A stretch of DNA of 64,000 nucleotides from an uncultured virus (IMG/VR IMGVR_UViG_2061766007_000307) (IMGVR_UViG_2061766007_000307), one strand, 5' to 3'. Counted from the first letter of the stretch, positions 39,045 to 50,338 are shown. The notes: generated by a model from the sequence alone, not told the origin. Numbers and translations: made by a program.

Positions 39045-40391
39045 TTACATATCACCGAAACCACCGTTTGATGGTGAAGATGCTGCACCGAATGGATTGC
39101 TAGGAGCTGCTCCCATGTTACCTACAAATGGGTTGCTCTGCGGTGCTGCTCCCATATTGCCTGCAAATGGGTTGCTCTGTGGTGCTGCTCCATGCATGTT
39201 TACACCAAAAGGATTGCTTGCTGGAGCTGCCGGCTGGGCTGCAAACGGATTGGCTACCTGTATCTGAGGTGCTACACCCTGAGCTATTGCAGAAGCAGCT
39301 GTTCCTGCTGATGTTGTCATCATAGCCATTGCTTCTTGATAGCGTCTAGCAAATGTTTCTTGAACCTCTTTAACCTTTTCAGGAGTGAACATATTTGGGT
39401 TCGATGTCAGCAATGCATTGTACTTTTCTTTGATACCCTTGAATGCAGCATAGAATTGAGCCTTCCATGCTTCGTAAGCTTTAATATCAGTACCTACATA
39501 AACGAATGAGCCGCCAGATGTCTTGACTAACTTGTCGTGTCCTAGATCATATGATTGAAGTGATACATTGTACTGGATACGGCGGCTGCGAGATGCATCA
39601 TAAGACAAATCTACAACGATGGCCTTAGTATTAGAAGGCTGGACTAATTCTGCCATAGCACCGTAAAGTCCCTGCTCTTCAAATGCCTTGCTCAATGTAT
39701 ATGAAACACGGAACAAAACGAAGCGACCCACAGTATCTGGATTGTTCTTATTGCTAAGAATCTGGCCTAAGAAATACTTATTGTCAATAGTGCGTACGAA
39801 TTTCTTTCTTAATTCAGTGTCACCAGATAAAGCATTAAGCATCTTATCCAAAATGTCATCATGCTTATTAGCTACTCTTGGAGATATCTCGCAGAAAATA
39901 GGCTCTTTCTCGTCACACGGATCACATATCATTGTCATGATAGAGTTGAATACTGAAACAGACTTATTCTTATCGATCATGATAGGATAAGGTCTGATCA
40001 CGACTGTGTTGCTCTCCTTGTAATTCAAAGCGAAAATACACTCCTCTGTGATAGGTTCGTAACCACCTGAATCACCGTTGATTTGAGATACAACATCAAC
40101 TTCGTTTGATCCATCCATACCAGACAACCAATCATCCTCGCCACCTACGTTGTCAGGGATGTCGAACTGTGTCCCTTCATTGTTGTAACTTTCAGTTTCA
40201 ATTGAATGATTTGCATAAGGATTATCATGAACTGTTGTGTCAATGACTGATGCTCCTGGTACACTTTCTTCGTCCGCTGTACTGCTGACATTAAACGGAT
40301 TTGAAGCTGTTTCTGATGCTTCGCGAGCTGCCTTTTCTGTGGCTAGTCTCTTTTTACGCTGATACTGCGTTTCTTTAATTTCTTCTGCCAT
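39045..40391 (-). CDS. gp32-like single-stranded DNA-binding protein (putative)
   Basis: YFLGQILSNKNNPDTVGRFVLFRV resembles the T4 gp32 core; acidic N-terminal extension and NPF-repeat tail. Confidence 0.55.
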   Translation of the reverse strand: MAEEIKETQYQRKKRLATEKAAREASETASNPFNVSSTADEESVPGASVIDTTVHDNPYANHSIETESYNNEGTQFDIPDNVGGEDDWLSGMDGSNEVDVVSQINGDSGGYEPITEECIFALNYKESNTVVIRPYPIMIDKNKSVSVFNSIMTMICDPCDEKEPIFCEISPRVANKHDDILDKMLNALSGDTELRKKFVRTIDNKYFLGQILSNKNNPDTVGRFVLFRVSYTLSKAFEEQGLYGAMAELVQPSNTKAIVVDLSYDASRSRRIQYNVSLQSYDLGHDKLVKTSGGSFVYVGTDIKAYEAWKAQFYAAFKGIKEKYNALLTSNPNMFTPEKVKEVQETFARRYQEAMAMMTTSAGTAASAIAQGVAPQIQVANPFAAQPAAPASNPFGVNMHGAAPQSNPFAGNMGAAPQSNPFVGNMGAAPSNPFGAASSPSNGGFGDM

Positions 40392-40402
40392 AATTGTTAC
40401 AA

Positions 40403-40459
40403 TTAAAATACATTTGTTCAGTTAAAATACATTTGTTCAGTTAAAATACTTTTGTTTAT
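40403..40459. repeat. Three 19-bp AT-rich tandem repeats in the SSB leader
   Basis: TTAAAATACATTTGTTCAG twice plus one degenerate copy. Confidence 0.88.
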
Positions 40460-40681
40460 TAAGACGTTATTAAAAGTATTGAAGTTGTTAAAACTTGTTC
40501 TACTTTTTACATACTTCCTGCAATCTCTGTAAAAGGATTGTGGTGTCGTATAGGACATAACGAGTGCCCTCTATTGACTATCCTACTTGCATAGGAATCG
40601 TCAACTGCTTTTCGTATGATGCTCAAGGCTCATTCTGTTCTTACATCTATATAATCATTGCATCCGACGAGATATCTCCCA

Positions 40682-41044
40682 TTACTTGAAAAAATATCTG
40701 GTCAATACAGTATTTTTCACTATGATGTCCACTACGCAAACAGGTTCTTCATTAACAACATATGCCTTGCACTGTACTCTGATATCAACACCTTCAGGTA
40801 CAGTGATCCATTCGTTGATAGCGCCTTGGACTATTCTTTCGATCTCGTCACACTTTACTGTAGTCTCAAATATATAATGTTCCAGATCTACCCCAAATGT
40901 AGGATGCTCTATAAACTCACCTGGCTTGGTGAACAGCAGTATCTCTATCTGCTGTACCATAATGTCCCATTCAGATGTGAGCTCTGTGAGATCATATCTG
41001 TATCTATGATGAGTATCCGGAAATGCGAATATATCGAACGCCAT
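40682..41044 (-). CDS. gp25-like baseplate wedge protein
   Basis: QIEILLFTKPGE...PTFGVDLEHYIFE. Confidence 0.85.
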   Translation of the reverse strand: MAFDIFAFPDTHHRYRYDLTELTSEWDIMVQQIEILLFTKPGEFIEHPTFGVDLEHYIFETTVKCDEIERIVQGAINEWITVPEGVDIRVQCKAYVVNEEPVCVVDIIVKNTVLTRYFFK

Positions 41045-41079
41045 GAGTGTAAATACTATATATTGTATTTACGTCGTTA

Positions 41080-42303
41080 ATGTTTCCTAGAAAGCAATAT
41101 ACATATAGAGAAGGTAGTGCACTCACTCCTGATGTGTCATCTGAGGGTGTCACGCTCATAGGGTCATACATGAATGACATGCCTTTAGGCACATTCGCAT
41201 ACCCTTATAGGACAGATGCAATGTTCGAAGGAGAAGACTACGGAGATATATTCGCTATCCTTACATCTAAAGGATGGAGATTCTTCCAGGCAGATAAAGC
41301 AGGTGGCCCCATCTTCAAAATGTGGAAGCACTCTATAAGCAGCATTTCGGGAGGATCTAGCCGATTGTACAACAAAAGGATAGCATATCATATAGACGAG
41401 AACAGCGAATGCGGACCTATATTCCTATCAGGAATGACTTTAGGTACAGAAGGTGATGACCTCAAGAGACAATATATAAGTTGTGATGTCTTGCCGTTTG
41501 CAAGTGCTTTCTATGACTATAAAGGGATACCTGAGAGTGATGATGCTAGAAAATATATACTATGCTCTAGCGATGACAGATATAATGATCAGGTTAATCT
41601 TCCTTGGCAATATAGGTTGACCCTTGTCCCTCAAGACGATAAATGCGTCTTATCGAGCAGCTCTGATATACTGAAAGCTATAACATCAGAAAAAGGATAT
41701 GTGAATAAAGTGTTCAGCAAAGAAGAGGCATCTCGCAATATAGGGTATATATTCAAAAGCCAAAACTCTACGCTGCACACGTCTTGGGGAGAATATGCTG
41801 AGCAGTATCCTAAGCATGACAGCTATACATATAGATACTTTGAAATCGACGGCGGTGATGCTGATGATCGTATGATGATAGGCAGCACAGAAGACCGCAT
41901 AGCTATATATTATAAAGACAGCGCTACAAACTATTCAAAAATAGCAGATCTTCTGGTCCATGCTGATGAAGAAGGCTCTTCAATAGATACTGTCCTCAGA
42001 TTCAATAACAGATATCTATTCAGAGCTATATATAATAAAAGTATAGCTAACAAAGTGAAGCTGCAGATTGGAGAGCTTATCAGACAGGATGATGTCGTAG
42101 TGTTCTTGTTCGACAGCTGTGTTGATGATCCAGAAAGAGCAGCTATCAGAGACTTGCTGCTACAGAAATACAACAGGACTGTTGTGACTAATGGCGGAAC
42201 TCCTTCGGATGTGCTGCTATGCTACAAGCCTGATCTGGATATCATGAGTGATAATGATGATCTTCGCACACAAATACTGAACCAATGCAAAATAGCTAAA
42301 TGA
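41080..42303 (+). CDS. Hypothetical (putative virion) protein
   Basis: First of five tightly packed large ORFs; GTAAATA at 41049. Confidence 0.7.
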   Translation: MFPRKQYTYREGSALTPDVSSEGVTLIGSYMNDMPLGTFAYPYRTDAMFEGEDYGDIFAILTSKGWRFFQADKAGGPIFKMWKHSISSISGGSSRLYNKRIAYHIDENSECGPIFLSGMTLGTEGDDLKRQYISCDVLPFASAFYDYKGIPESDDARKYILCSSDDRYNDQVNLPWQYRLTLVPQDDKCVLSSSSDILKAITSEKGYVNKVFSKEEASRNIGYIFKSQNSTLHTSWGEYAEQYPKHDSYTYRYFEIDGGDADDRMMIGSTEDRIAIYYKDSATNYSKIADLLVHADEEGSSIDTVLRFNNRYLFRAIYNKSIANKVKLQIGELIRQDDVVVFLFDSCVDDPERAAIRDLLLQKYNRTVVTNGGTPSDVLLCYKPDLDIMSDNDDLRTQILNQCKIAK

Positions 42304-42304
42304 T

Positions 42305-43585
42305 ATGATGTACAATATATACATAAACGAAAATACAGCGATCCAGGTAGCATCTGAAAGGATAGAAGGTGCACTATATAAAACAGGTAGCAGATACACA
42401 TGGCTTCCTAAGCACAGTCCTGTCCTGCCTCCTGGGGCTGAACAAATATCGCCTTTCGAGATACAATATGTGAGCCATTTCACAATGTGGCATAATGATA
42501 TATCAGGCGAACATAAAGTCTTATTGAAAGCTAATTGTGAATATGCTGAAGACACATTGACTATATGGGCTCTTGATGAACTGCATTATGCAGGATATGC
42601 TAAAGACATAGCAGGTACCAGCTTCAATAGATATGCAGATCTATATATTCCGGATACGGCTGTATTGAGAAGTATCTTCCCTGTGGTATATTCTGATGGC
42701 AGCAGAGCAGGTCTTTCTTTATCAGAATATATCGTCAATACAGATACATATGGTGAAGAACTTGCGAATCTGAGCGAATTAGTTGTCAATCCATATATAA
42801 CGTTCAGTTCAGTAGACCCTAACGAGCGTATCGTAGGCCTTTCAGCACACCTGTCTAAGAATCATATTGTAGTAGATATTGAAGTACCTGATGCCGAAGC
42901 CTTTTTGAAGAAATACAATAGCGGATATGTATGCTATAAGATCTCAGGGTACAGGCAGGATGGCACTGTCAATACAGGTACGACTATAACAGGAGTTGCT
43001 GAAAGAACATTAGTATCTAGCGATAAATATCTGATCAGCTTGAACGAATATCTCAGCAACAAGCAGATGTCTTTCAATATCATGCCAAAGTTTGTAGATA
43101 TCAGCATTACAGATGTTGTTGTTGAAGTCAGTGCAGTATTTTGGAGGGATTCACATACATCTTTAGAAGACATGCATACTGGTGTCATGGATTGCGAAGC
43201 TGTCTACATTACAAGAGATCCTGTGTCATTATCTGATAAAGTGCCTCTATCTAACGGATTTTATGATGTTACATGGGATGACTGTTTGGTATTGTATGCA
43301 GGATCTGCAGCTCCATTTATGGAAATCCAGCAATACGCTCATGTTCCAGGACCTTCTAGATTGAAGGTGTATAACTGTATCAAAGAATCAGATCCCGTAG
43401 CCAAGGGAGGTTCACCTTATACGCTATTCAAAGTACAGGTCAATAAAGAACAGGCAGTGTCTGCTCCTACTTCAATTATAGTACCTTTCAATGAGGTAAT
43501 ATGTATAGTAGGAGTTGCTGCACTAGAAAATATTGATAATCAATCAAATAACTCCAGCTCAGACTTATGGACCAGTCAGAAATAA
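42305..43585 (+). CDS. Hypothetical (putative virion) protein
   Basis: 426-aa ORF in operon. Confidence 0.7.
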   Translation: MMYNIYINENTAIQVASERIEGALYKTGSRYTWLPKHSPVLPPGAEQISPFEIQYVSHFTMWHNDISGEHKVLLKANCEYAEDTLTIWALDELHYAGYAKDIAGTSFNRYADLYIPDTAVLRSIFPVVYSDGSRAGLSLSEYIVNTDTYGEELANLSELVVNPYITFSSVDPNERIVGLSAHLSKNHIVVDIEVPDAEAFLKKYNSGYVCYKISGYRQDGTVNTGTTITGVAERTLVSSDKYLISLNEYLSNKQMSFNIMPKFVDISITDVVVEVSAVFWRDSHTSLEDMHTGVMDCEAVYITRDPVSLSDKVPLSNGFYDVTWDDCLVLYAGSAAPFMEIQQYAHVPGPSRLKVYNCIKESDPVAKGGSPYTLFKVQVNKEQAVSAPTSIIVPFNEVICIVGVAALENIDNQSNNSSSDLWTSQK

Positions 43586-45144
43586 AATTCAAATATCGAG
43601 CAGGTAACACAAATGTATCCATCCCTCACGACAAATTGTCTAAAGGCGAATACTATGTGAACACAAGCTCTGGATTCATGTATGTGAAAACTCTAGGAAC
43701 GGATGGTCTTTTGTTTCCTGGTGTTATTTATGATGCTGCTGATATCGATAGAGAAGATGGATTGTCATCTGAAGAAACGTATAAAGGCATTCAATCGAAG
43801 CAATATCTCATATTTCACAAGTATGGGAGCAATGAGGGCCGCTTCGTTCCAGGAGAAGCCTCGCCTATGTGCATAGTGAGATCTGATCTCGCAGAAATCA
43901 GAAATGGCAAGATCCAAGTCAAAGTCCACTCAGAATATATTGAAAAAGCATCGGCTGAACTGGACAAGTCAGGAAGCTCTTCATCTATACTGTCTGTTAT
44001 GGGATATACAGATAGCAGTTTCAAAGATGTCAATCAATACGGTTCATCGTCTATGGTCACCCTGACTGATATAGATTCTGAAGGATATGCAACTATAGGG
44101 GAAGTTGTCAGTGGATATCTCCTTATGAAAGGACAACCTGATGCATCTGATATTATAGCTTATGGTGTTCCCGGCATGGCATGGCATGTCAGAAGAGATG
44201 ATATATCATTCGAAGATAACACTACAATATATGGAAATGCCATATTGACACAAGTAGTTTCTGGGTCTAAATACTCTATCGAAGTATATACGCCATATAG
44301 AAGCATATGCGATAAGACGTGTATCAATATAGAATCAGACAAGCTGCAGCTGAGGTCTTATAGTGCACATCATTCATGCCAGGCTAACATCTATTCTTCT
44401 AATGAAATGAGCCTTGCTGAAAAAATGACTATAGCTCTTGCATGGAGACCTTCTCCATACGGTGAAGACGCTACGTATTCTAATGGACAGAAATTCTATC
44501 CTGCAAAGCCTACATCAGGATGCATGGGCATATATTTCAATGATAAGGCTATTATAAATACTGATAGAATCAATGCTATCATGTTCGGAGGCCAGATACT
44601 TATAGATACTCAGGAAGCTATAAAATACCATGTATCTATATTGAATACTGTACCTTCAAAAATGGCTACCATATATGGAGGTATAGATATCAGGTCAAAT
44701 GTAGTAGATACAGATATTCCTGTGTTTATAGCCTCAACAGACAGCACATCTAATATACCTATCAGCTTGATTCATGGCGGTATATATGATAATTGCGATA
44801 CTGAGATCAAAGACAACGGGAGCTACAGTGCTCTCAATATAGAGTATACGTTGCCTATATCTACAATATCTACAGCGCAGCCATTATGTCATATTCATAA
44901 TATAATATATTGTGATGCAGAGACTATAAACGGTGGCGAGCCTATTGATGGACTAGAAACAGAATCTGGTATACGTTTTTTAATGATTGATTATCAACAG
45001 ATTATAATCGATATAAATGGTGGTGGCAATAGCGAGACTGCTACTTTACGTAAATACTACAGACTGAATGGAACTAATACCATTGCATTTGACGCCCTAC
45101 AAAATATAACAATAAATATACGAGACAAACAGTATGGATCTTAA
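43567..45144 (+). CDS. Hypothetical (putative tail/baseplate) protein
   Basis: 525 aa, beta-rich, N-terminal IKFKY. Confidence 0.7.
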   Translation: MDQSEIKFKYRAGNTNVSIPHDKLSKGEYYVNTSSGFMYVKTLGTDGLLFPGVIYDAADIDREDGLSSEETYKGIQSKQYLIFHKYGSNEGRFVPGEASPMCIVRSDLAEIRNGKIQVKVHSEYIEKASAELDKSGSSSSILSVMGYTDSSFKDVNQYGSSSMVTLTDIDSEGYATIGEVVSGYLLMKGQPDASDIIAYGVPGMAWHVRRDDISFEDNTTIYGNAILTQVVSGSKYSIEVYTPYRSICDKTCINIESDKLQLRSYSAHHSCQANIYSSNEMSLAEKMTIALAWRPSPYGEDATYSNGQKFYPAKPTSGCMGIYFNDKAIINTDRINAIMFGGQILIDTQEAIKYHVSILNTVPSKMATIYGGIDIRSNVVDTDIPVFIASTDSTSNIPISLIHGGIYDNCDTEIKDNGSYSALNIEYTLPISTISTAQPLCHIHNIIYCDAETINGGEPIDGLETESGIRFLMIDYQQIIIDINGGGNSETATLRKYYRLNGTNTIAFDALQNITINIRDKQYGS

Positions 45145-47680
45145 ATTCAGATATATAAATACAAAAACTGGTGCATTTGCCAATAACGCTCAGCGTTATG
45201 AAGGTGCTTTTGCTAAGATCAGTACAGATGTAATTTCTGTACAGCCACAGTCTCGCCGAATATTATTCCCTCACATAGGGTATCCTACAGAAGAAGGGAC
45301 TTGCGCTATTGCTATCAATAAAGGTGATGGTGCTAGTGATATGGGAAGTTTTGCATGGGAAACTTTCAGTTCATCTAGCTTCGGCGAAGCAAAAGAGTTT
45401 ACGTATATTCTGCAAAATACTAAAAATACATTTTGGTATCCTGCACCATCGGGAGAGTTTTCACCTGTTCATGGTTTGTTATATGATATAGATAATGTAC
45501 CTGGATCATATTATCTGAATGGTATGCTCGGTGATACAGACGATACGACATTGCTGCAATCTACATCAGGTACAATCAAGCAAAGTGAAGTGTTGAGCTA
45601 TCTTCACGATACGCCAGTCATTATGTCTGATTCAAACAGAATATGGATCACACCAATAGCAAGTCCACTAGAAACTAAAGGAAATTCGGGAGCCTCTCTC
45701 ATAGGGAAAAATAATATATCTATGTTCTCTCGAAGCGGATTGTATACTACAGTAGCTTCAGTTCTGAATAACGATGATGATGCACATATTATAGACGGAG
45801 AGACATATGAGACAGCAAAGGCTATTCTGTATGGATATAATAACTATACAGACATGTATAAGCATATAGTGTCTCCTGCAAGTAATACGCATCTTAATAA
45901 GACATTTGTATCTATCAGAGTGCTTGCAGGTCATATATATACAGACACAGATCAGTGGCAGACAGACGCATTTGATACTGTCGTTGAAGAAATAGACAGA
46001 TTAGATAACGCACATGCTGAATTTATAGATGGAATGTGGAAGCCTATAACCATCATCGCTGAAGGTATAGAGCTGTACTATACTGGAGAGACTATGGTGG
46101 ACTCTAATTCTATACGTATAATAGGTGCTGTTGGTGATAACAGTAACTATTTCAATCATTTGCAATCATACAATGTAGACCCTAAACCAAGCAGCACATT
46201 CAAAGCACTTACAGATAACGGAAACTCTGTAGCTATTTATGATATAGAGAATAGCAAACCTCCTCTTATTGTGTTTGAACCAAATGGATTCTATTTGAGC
46301 GAAGAATTTGAATGGGGATATGTTACGCGTTTCACTGACAATAATGACAGGTGGAGATATTACGATATCAATTCCAACAACCAGCGTAAGATAGGTATAG
46401 CTGATGCAAGCGGTATACGTGGTGTATGCGAAGATACGCCATCTCAAACGTTAGACGGTAAAAAAATATATAAGATTATAGATCGAGACGCTTTACTATA
46501 CAGCAAATGGTGGATAGCTCACGATAATGGAGGATATAATAAAGGTCCGTACCAATGTTCTATAGGAATACCTATAGCGACATCTGATTATAATATAGGA
46601 GTCGGTGATATGACTATAAGTGATAGATCTGCAGATATATATAATCAAAGATGTGATATTTTAGATTTGGCTAATATATCTAGATGTGATAATACTAGAA
46701 ACCTTGTACCTTTCAGAGGGCAAGAAAATAAATATATATTAGCCTTTGTAAAAATATCTTCAGAAGTAGATCCTTCTTATATGGCTAAAGTCACAGATAG
46801 TATAGAAAATGGTGGTAGTGGATATTCTACAGAGCAGTGGAATAGCAATATAGTTTCTCCTGGATGGGGGTCTTATGAATTCATGTTGTATTTCGGACGA
46901 CGTTATGCGTCAAACCAAGATTACGATATGATATCAAGATGTAACATAAATACGTATCATCCATCATTCGCTACGATACATTCGTATTGGACAAGTACAG
47001 GAAGCACGTCATCTGGAAGTTATGGTGTAGATAATTTGAGTACATCTCAAAGCAAATACCCTCCAGTTGGCAACTCAGAATGGAGATCTCGAATAGCACG
47101 AATAAATCCTTGTTGGCCTTCTGATGGATATGGTGTTCTTGATTACGCAGAAGACCAGAACCATCAACCAACAACACAAAGACTGAATGGTACAGAAAAC
47201 ATACAGGTATACAACTGCCCTACTAAAGATATATGGTATACGGTATATGCTGATCTGAACAGTGGAGTTCCTAATACCGTGCAGATTAGCGATCCGTGGT
47301 ATAGATCAGAAATCATAAAAATGACTCCTACTACAGAGCAAGAAGAATCTGATTTCATATCTAAGCGTACATTTGATACGAAAGCGTTCTATTCTCCTAG
47401 TAACCCTAACGTGATAACGTTCAGAATAACGCCTCCAGATATGTCGTCTGTCAGTCCTGCTTCATGTAAAGTGACTAAATCTAAATCAGAATTCATCAGT
47501 GAAGGCTTTACTTTTGATGATGTGCGTAAAAGATATACAGCACCGGAGCATTCGTCATATAAGATTCAAGTACCTGCAGGAGAGACATGGAGGAGCCCTG
47601 AAACAGGAAAAGCGTTCTTTGCTGGAAATATGATAGATTATGTTAAATATTCTGGAATGACATTTGAAATAGTAGCTTAA
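45134..47680 (+). CDS. Hypothetical (putative tail/baseplate) protein
   Basis: 848 aa, N-terminal LKFRY, C-terminal YSGMTF. Confidence 0.7.
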   Translation: MDLKFRYINTKTGAFANNAQRYEGAFAKISTDVISVQPQSRRILFPHIGYPTEEGTCAIAINKGDGASDMGSFAWETFSSSSFGEAKEFTYILQNTKNTFWYPAPSGEFSPVHGLLYDIDNVPGSYYLNGMLGDTDDTTLLQSTSGTIKQSEVLSYLHDTPVIMSDSNRIWITPIASPLETKGNSGASLIGKNNISMFSRSGLYTTVASVLNNDDDAHIIDGETYETAKAILYGYNNYTDMYKHIVSPASNTHLNKTFVSIRVLAGHIYTDTDQWQTDAFDTVVEEIDRLDNAHAEFIDGMWKPITIIAEGIELYYTGETMVDSNSIRIIGAVGDNSNYFNHLQSYNVDPKPSSTFKALTDNGNSVAIYDIENSKPPLIVFEPNGFYLSEEFEWGYVTRFTDNNDRWRYYDINSNNQRKIGIADASGIRGVCEDTPSQTLDGKKIYKIIDRDALLYSKWWIAHDNGGYNKGPYQCSIGIPIATSDYNIGVGDMTISDRSADIYNQRCDILDLANISRCDNTRNLVPFRGQENKYILAFVKISSEVDPSYMAKVTDSIENGGSGYSTEQWNSNIVSPGWGSYEFMLYFGRRYASNQDYDMISRCNINTYHPSFATIHSYWTSTGSTSSGSYGVDNLSTSQSKYPPVGNSEWRSRIARINPCWPSDGYGVLDYAEDQNHQPTTQRLNGTENIQVYNCPTKDIWYTVYADLNSGVPNTVQISDPWYRSEIIKMTPTTEQEESDFISKRTFDTKAFYSPSNPNVITFRITPPDMSSVSPASCKVTKSKSEFISEGFTFDDVRKRYTAPEHSSYKIQVPAGETWRSPETGKAFFAGNMIDYVKYSGMTFEIVA

Positions 47681-47681
47681 T

Positions 47682-50012
47682 ATGGCAAACGATATACATT
47701 TTAGATTCACGCGCAAGGCAAACCCTTGGAGGACATTGAAAGATGTTTATGATGGCGATTCAAGTATCAACTTGTCAATCGCCATTAAGAAAGGCATGGC
47801 TTTCAAAGATAGTGATCTCTTGCATATTCCTGCTATAGAATATAGTGATTTTCAAACAGATACACACTTATCTACAAATAGAGAAGGTAAGTATCTTGTT
47901 GTTGCAAGCAAAGACTCTGATTCATTACGTCTGATTAATTTCAGTTCTATTACTATAGAAAAGATAAGCCAACTTATAGATAGTTCTACGCCAGATAGCA
48001 GCAAGCTTTATTATTACGAAACATCTAAAGGCTTCTGTTATACATCTATAGGTAAAGAATTCCTCTTCGGTAACTACTATAGCAAAGAAGTACCTTCAGA
48101 TGAAACTACATATACATTCTCAGGCGACCATAATGATTATGTACAGTCAGCATCTAGAGCATATATCACGAACAACATCAGCTTCAATGCTTTCAGCTTC
48201 CATGCAGCAACAGAGAATCATATAAGCCCTATAGGTTTGTATAATACTGATGAGTCTCTTATATATCTTTCAGATGGTTCTTATGATCTTTCTACGATAG
48301 AAGGTACTCATGAATTTATACGCAAAGGATTATTAGTGCAAAGCGAAAGCGGCAGCGCTTCGGATACAAGTTACGTTTCTGGAGATGGATATGTGAAGGT
48401 TAATAATGTTCCTAAAGATAACAGGCCACTGGTTGTGTATGGACATGCCGACTTTACTTCAGGTGGCCAGAATGTCAGTGCTTTAGGATTGTTCACAGGA
48501 ACTCGTGAGGTCAATGTATTCAATGGAGAGCACGATGCTATACAATTATTTGATACTCATATACATTTTGGAGATGATGTAGAGCTGAATGATGCGTGCA
48601 AAGCAGTCAATGAACTATGCAGTAAAAATGCTCATAGCGATATTTTGATCGGTAACTCCTTGAGAATCAAATCTATACAAAAATATAGAGGGTCTCTTAT
48701 AGATGATACCATATATACAACAGATAAAGACTTCATGGCAGGCTACAATGATGTTACAGGAAAGTGCATATGCATGACCTTAGATAGAGAAGAGCCTGTT
48801 GTTAACGTATCTATGCCAGTTTATGTCAGTTCAATGGGTATGCGTGTTGTTGGATTGACTCCAGGTACTGCGACGGGTCATGACTATGGTAAAGGTGTTG
48901 TGACAGAAGACAGACCTTTCTTAACATATCCTGTTGAAGAAGGTGCAGAAGGTATACCTTCTATTGAATATGACGTTCAGGCATTCTATAATGGACCTTA
49001 TTTCTACAATACAGAAGAAGAGGCTATTGCTGCAGGAGAGGCTCTTGTGAACTGTGAGCGTGTGAACTATCATATATTCCAGCAAGATGGTGTTCCTAGT
49101 AAAGGTTCATGGGTTCTATATAAAGAGGACAAGAGTGTAACAAAAACATCATCATACTGTTGTTTTGAATATGTAGCTAGTACTGCTCGTGCTGCAGGAG
49201 GTTCTGGATGGACGTATAGTACAGTTGATGAAGCCAATAGAAAAATACCTAGCACAGCTTTTCATGGTATAGATAATGGTAGATTTATATGCTACGTGAA
49301 GTTCAGTGAAACTATGCGAATGGACATGTATCATAAGGATAATTTTGGAGGCTTATTCCAATGGCATTGGCATTGGTATCAGGCTGTTAGTGATGCCAAT
49401 GATGCTTCTCAAAGCATTGTGTATTTACCTGAAGGTACTGTTTGTGCGAAAAAAGATCGTATATATTCGTATTCAGTTGAGAATAATGTATATACATATA
49501 ATTATACATATGAATATGTTGAAAAGGGTGTATTATATGGGCTAGTGATAAATCCTGAATTAGCAGATCCGAAATCGCTGACAACAGCACCTAAAGTTTA
49601 TTTGTGTAAGATAACCAATGAAGATGGAAGTATCAAATCAGAGCATTTGCCTTATCTGCATGCATCTCAATGCAATAGATCTTGCGAGCGAATTGGTGAT
49701 ATATATACTTTTAGCATCAATTATTTAGGAAGAGTATGTTCATGGAGCATATCTTCAGATAAGATGGATAGTTATTTCGATGTGACTACATTAGAAGATG
49801 GTACTGAATATATATCGTTCAGAAAACAATTGGAAAATGATTTGAAAGAAGATATTTCAGTCAGCGGAGAGAATGCGTTTGTCACACCAACTGCCCTTGA
49901 AGGTGATGTATGTATCGATATCGACAAATCTGTAAAGACAGGTAATATATTCAATCAAACACACAGTATTTGTATTCCATTGTATTCTGGATGTACGTTT
50001 GTCGAACGCTAA
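47682..50012 (+). CDS. Hypothetical (putative tail/baseplate) protein
   Basis: 776 aa, N-terminal IHFRF, C-terminal YSGCTF. Confidence 0.7.
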   Translation: MANDIHFRFTRKANPWRTLKDVYDGDSSINLSIAIKKGMAFKDSDLLHIPAIEYSDFQTDTHLSTNREGKYLVVASKDSDSLRLINFSSITIEKISQLIDSSTPDSSKLYYYETSKGFCYTSIGKEFLFGNYYSKEVPSDETTYTFSGDHNDYVQSASRAYITNNISFNAFSFHAATENHISPIGLYNTDESLIYLSDGSYDLSTIEGTHEFIRKGLLVQSESGSASDTSYVSGDGYVKVNNVPKDNRPLVVYGHADFTSGGQNVSALGLFTGTREVNVFNGEHDAIQLFDTHIHFGDDVELNDACKAVNELCSKNAHSDILIGNSLRIKSIQKYRGSLIDDTIYTTDKDFMAGYNDVTGKCICMTLDREEPVVNVSMPVYVSSMGMRVVGLTPGTATGHDYGKGVVTEDRPFLTYPVEEGAEGIPSIEYDVQAFYNGPYFYNTEEEAIAAGEALVNCERVNYHIFQQDGVPSKGSWVLYKEDKSVTKTSSYCCFEYVASTARAAGGSGWTYSTVDEANRKIPSTAFHGIDNGRFICYVKFSETMRMDMYHKDNFGGLFQWHWHWYQAVSDANDASQSIVYLPEGTVCAKKDRIYSYSVENNVYTYNYTYEYVEKGVLYGLVINPELADPKSLTTAPKVYLCKITNEDGSIKSEHLPYLHASQCNRSCERIGDIYTFSINYLGRVCSWSISSDKMDSYFDVTTLEDGTEYISFRKQLENDLKEDISVSGENAFVTPTALEGDVCIDIDKSVKTGNIFNQTHSICIPLYSGCTFVER

Positions 50013-50022
50013 ACAAAAACAA

Positions 50023-50060
50023 AAGAAAGAGAGTTCTATTTAGTGAAACTCTCTTTCTTT
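50023..50060. terminator. Bidirectional terminator
   Basis: AAGAAAGAGAGTT...AACTCTCTTTCTT between convergent genes. Confidence 0.7.
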
Positions 50061-50106
50061 CTGCTAATTATTTTTAGATTGGTTTAATGGACCTCAGGAT
50101 ATAGCG

Positions 50107-50334
50107 TTAATATACAACACTAATTTTAGAGATAGACAAACTAGAAATTCTCCATGAGAACATAGTTCCTTCCATCATTTGAGCAACCTTAGCGTCAACA
50201 TCTGCAGGGCTGACAGCATCTACAAGATGGATCTCTTTAACCTTTTTGATGCCCTTTTCTGTTTCTGTATCAACCTCAACAGTTACTTGAAAAAACATGT
50301 TGTTGGGCGTTCTTTCATTTAATTCTTCTACCAT
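50107..50334 (-). CDS. DUF4494-like small protein
   Basis: FQVTV...KKVKEIHLVDAVS...ISKI; likely start MVEELN. Confidence 0.65.
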   Translation of the reverse strand: MVEELNERTPNNMFFQVTVEVDTETEKGIKKVKEIHLVDAVSPADVDAKVAQMMEGTMFSWRISSLSISKISVVY

Positions 50335-50338
50335 AATA

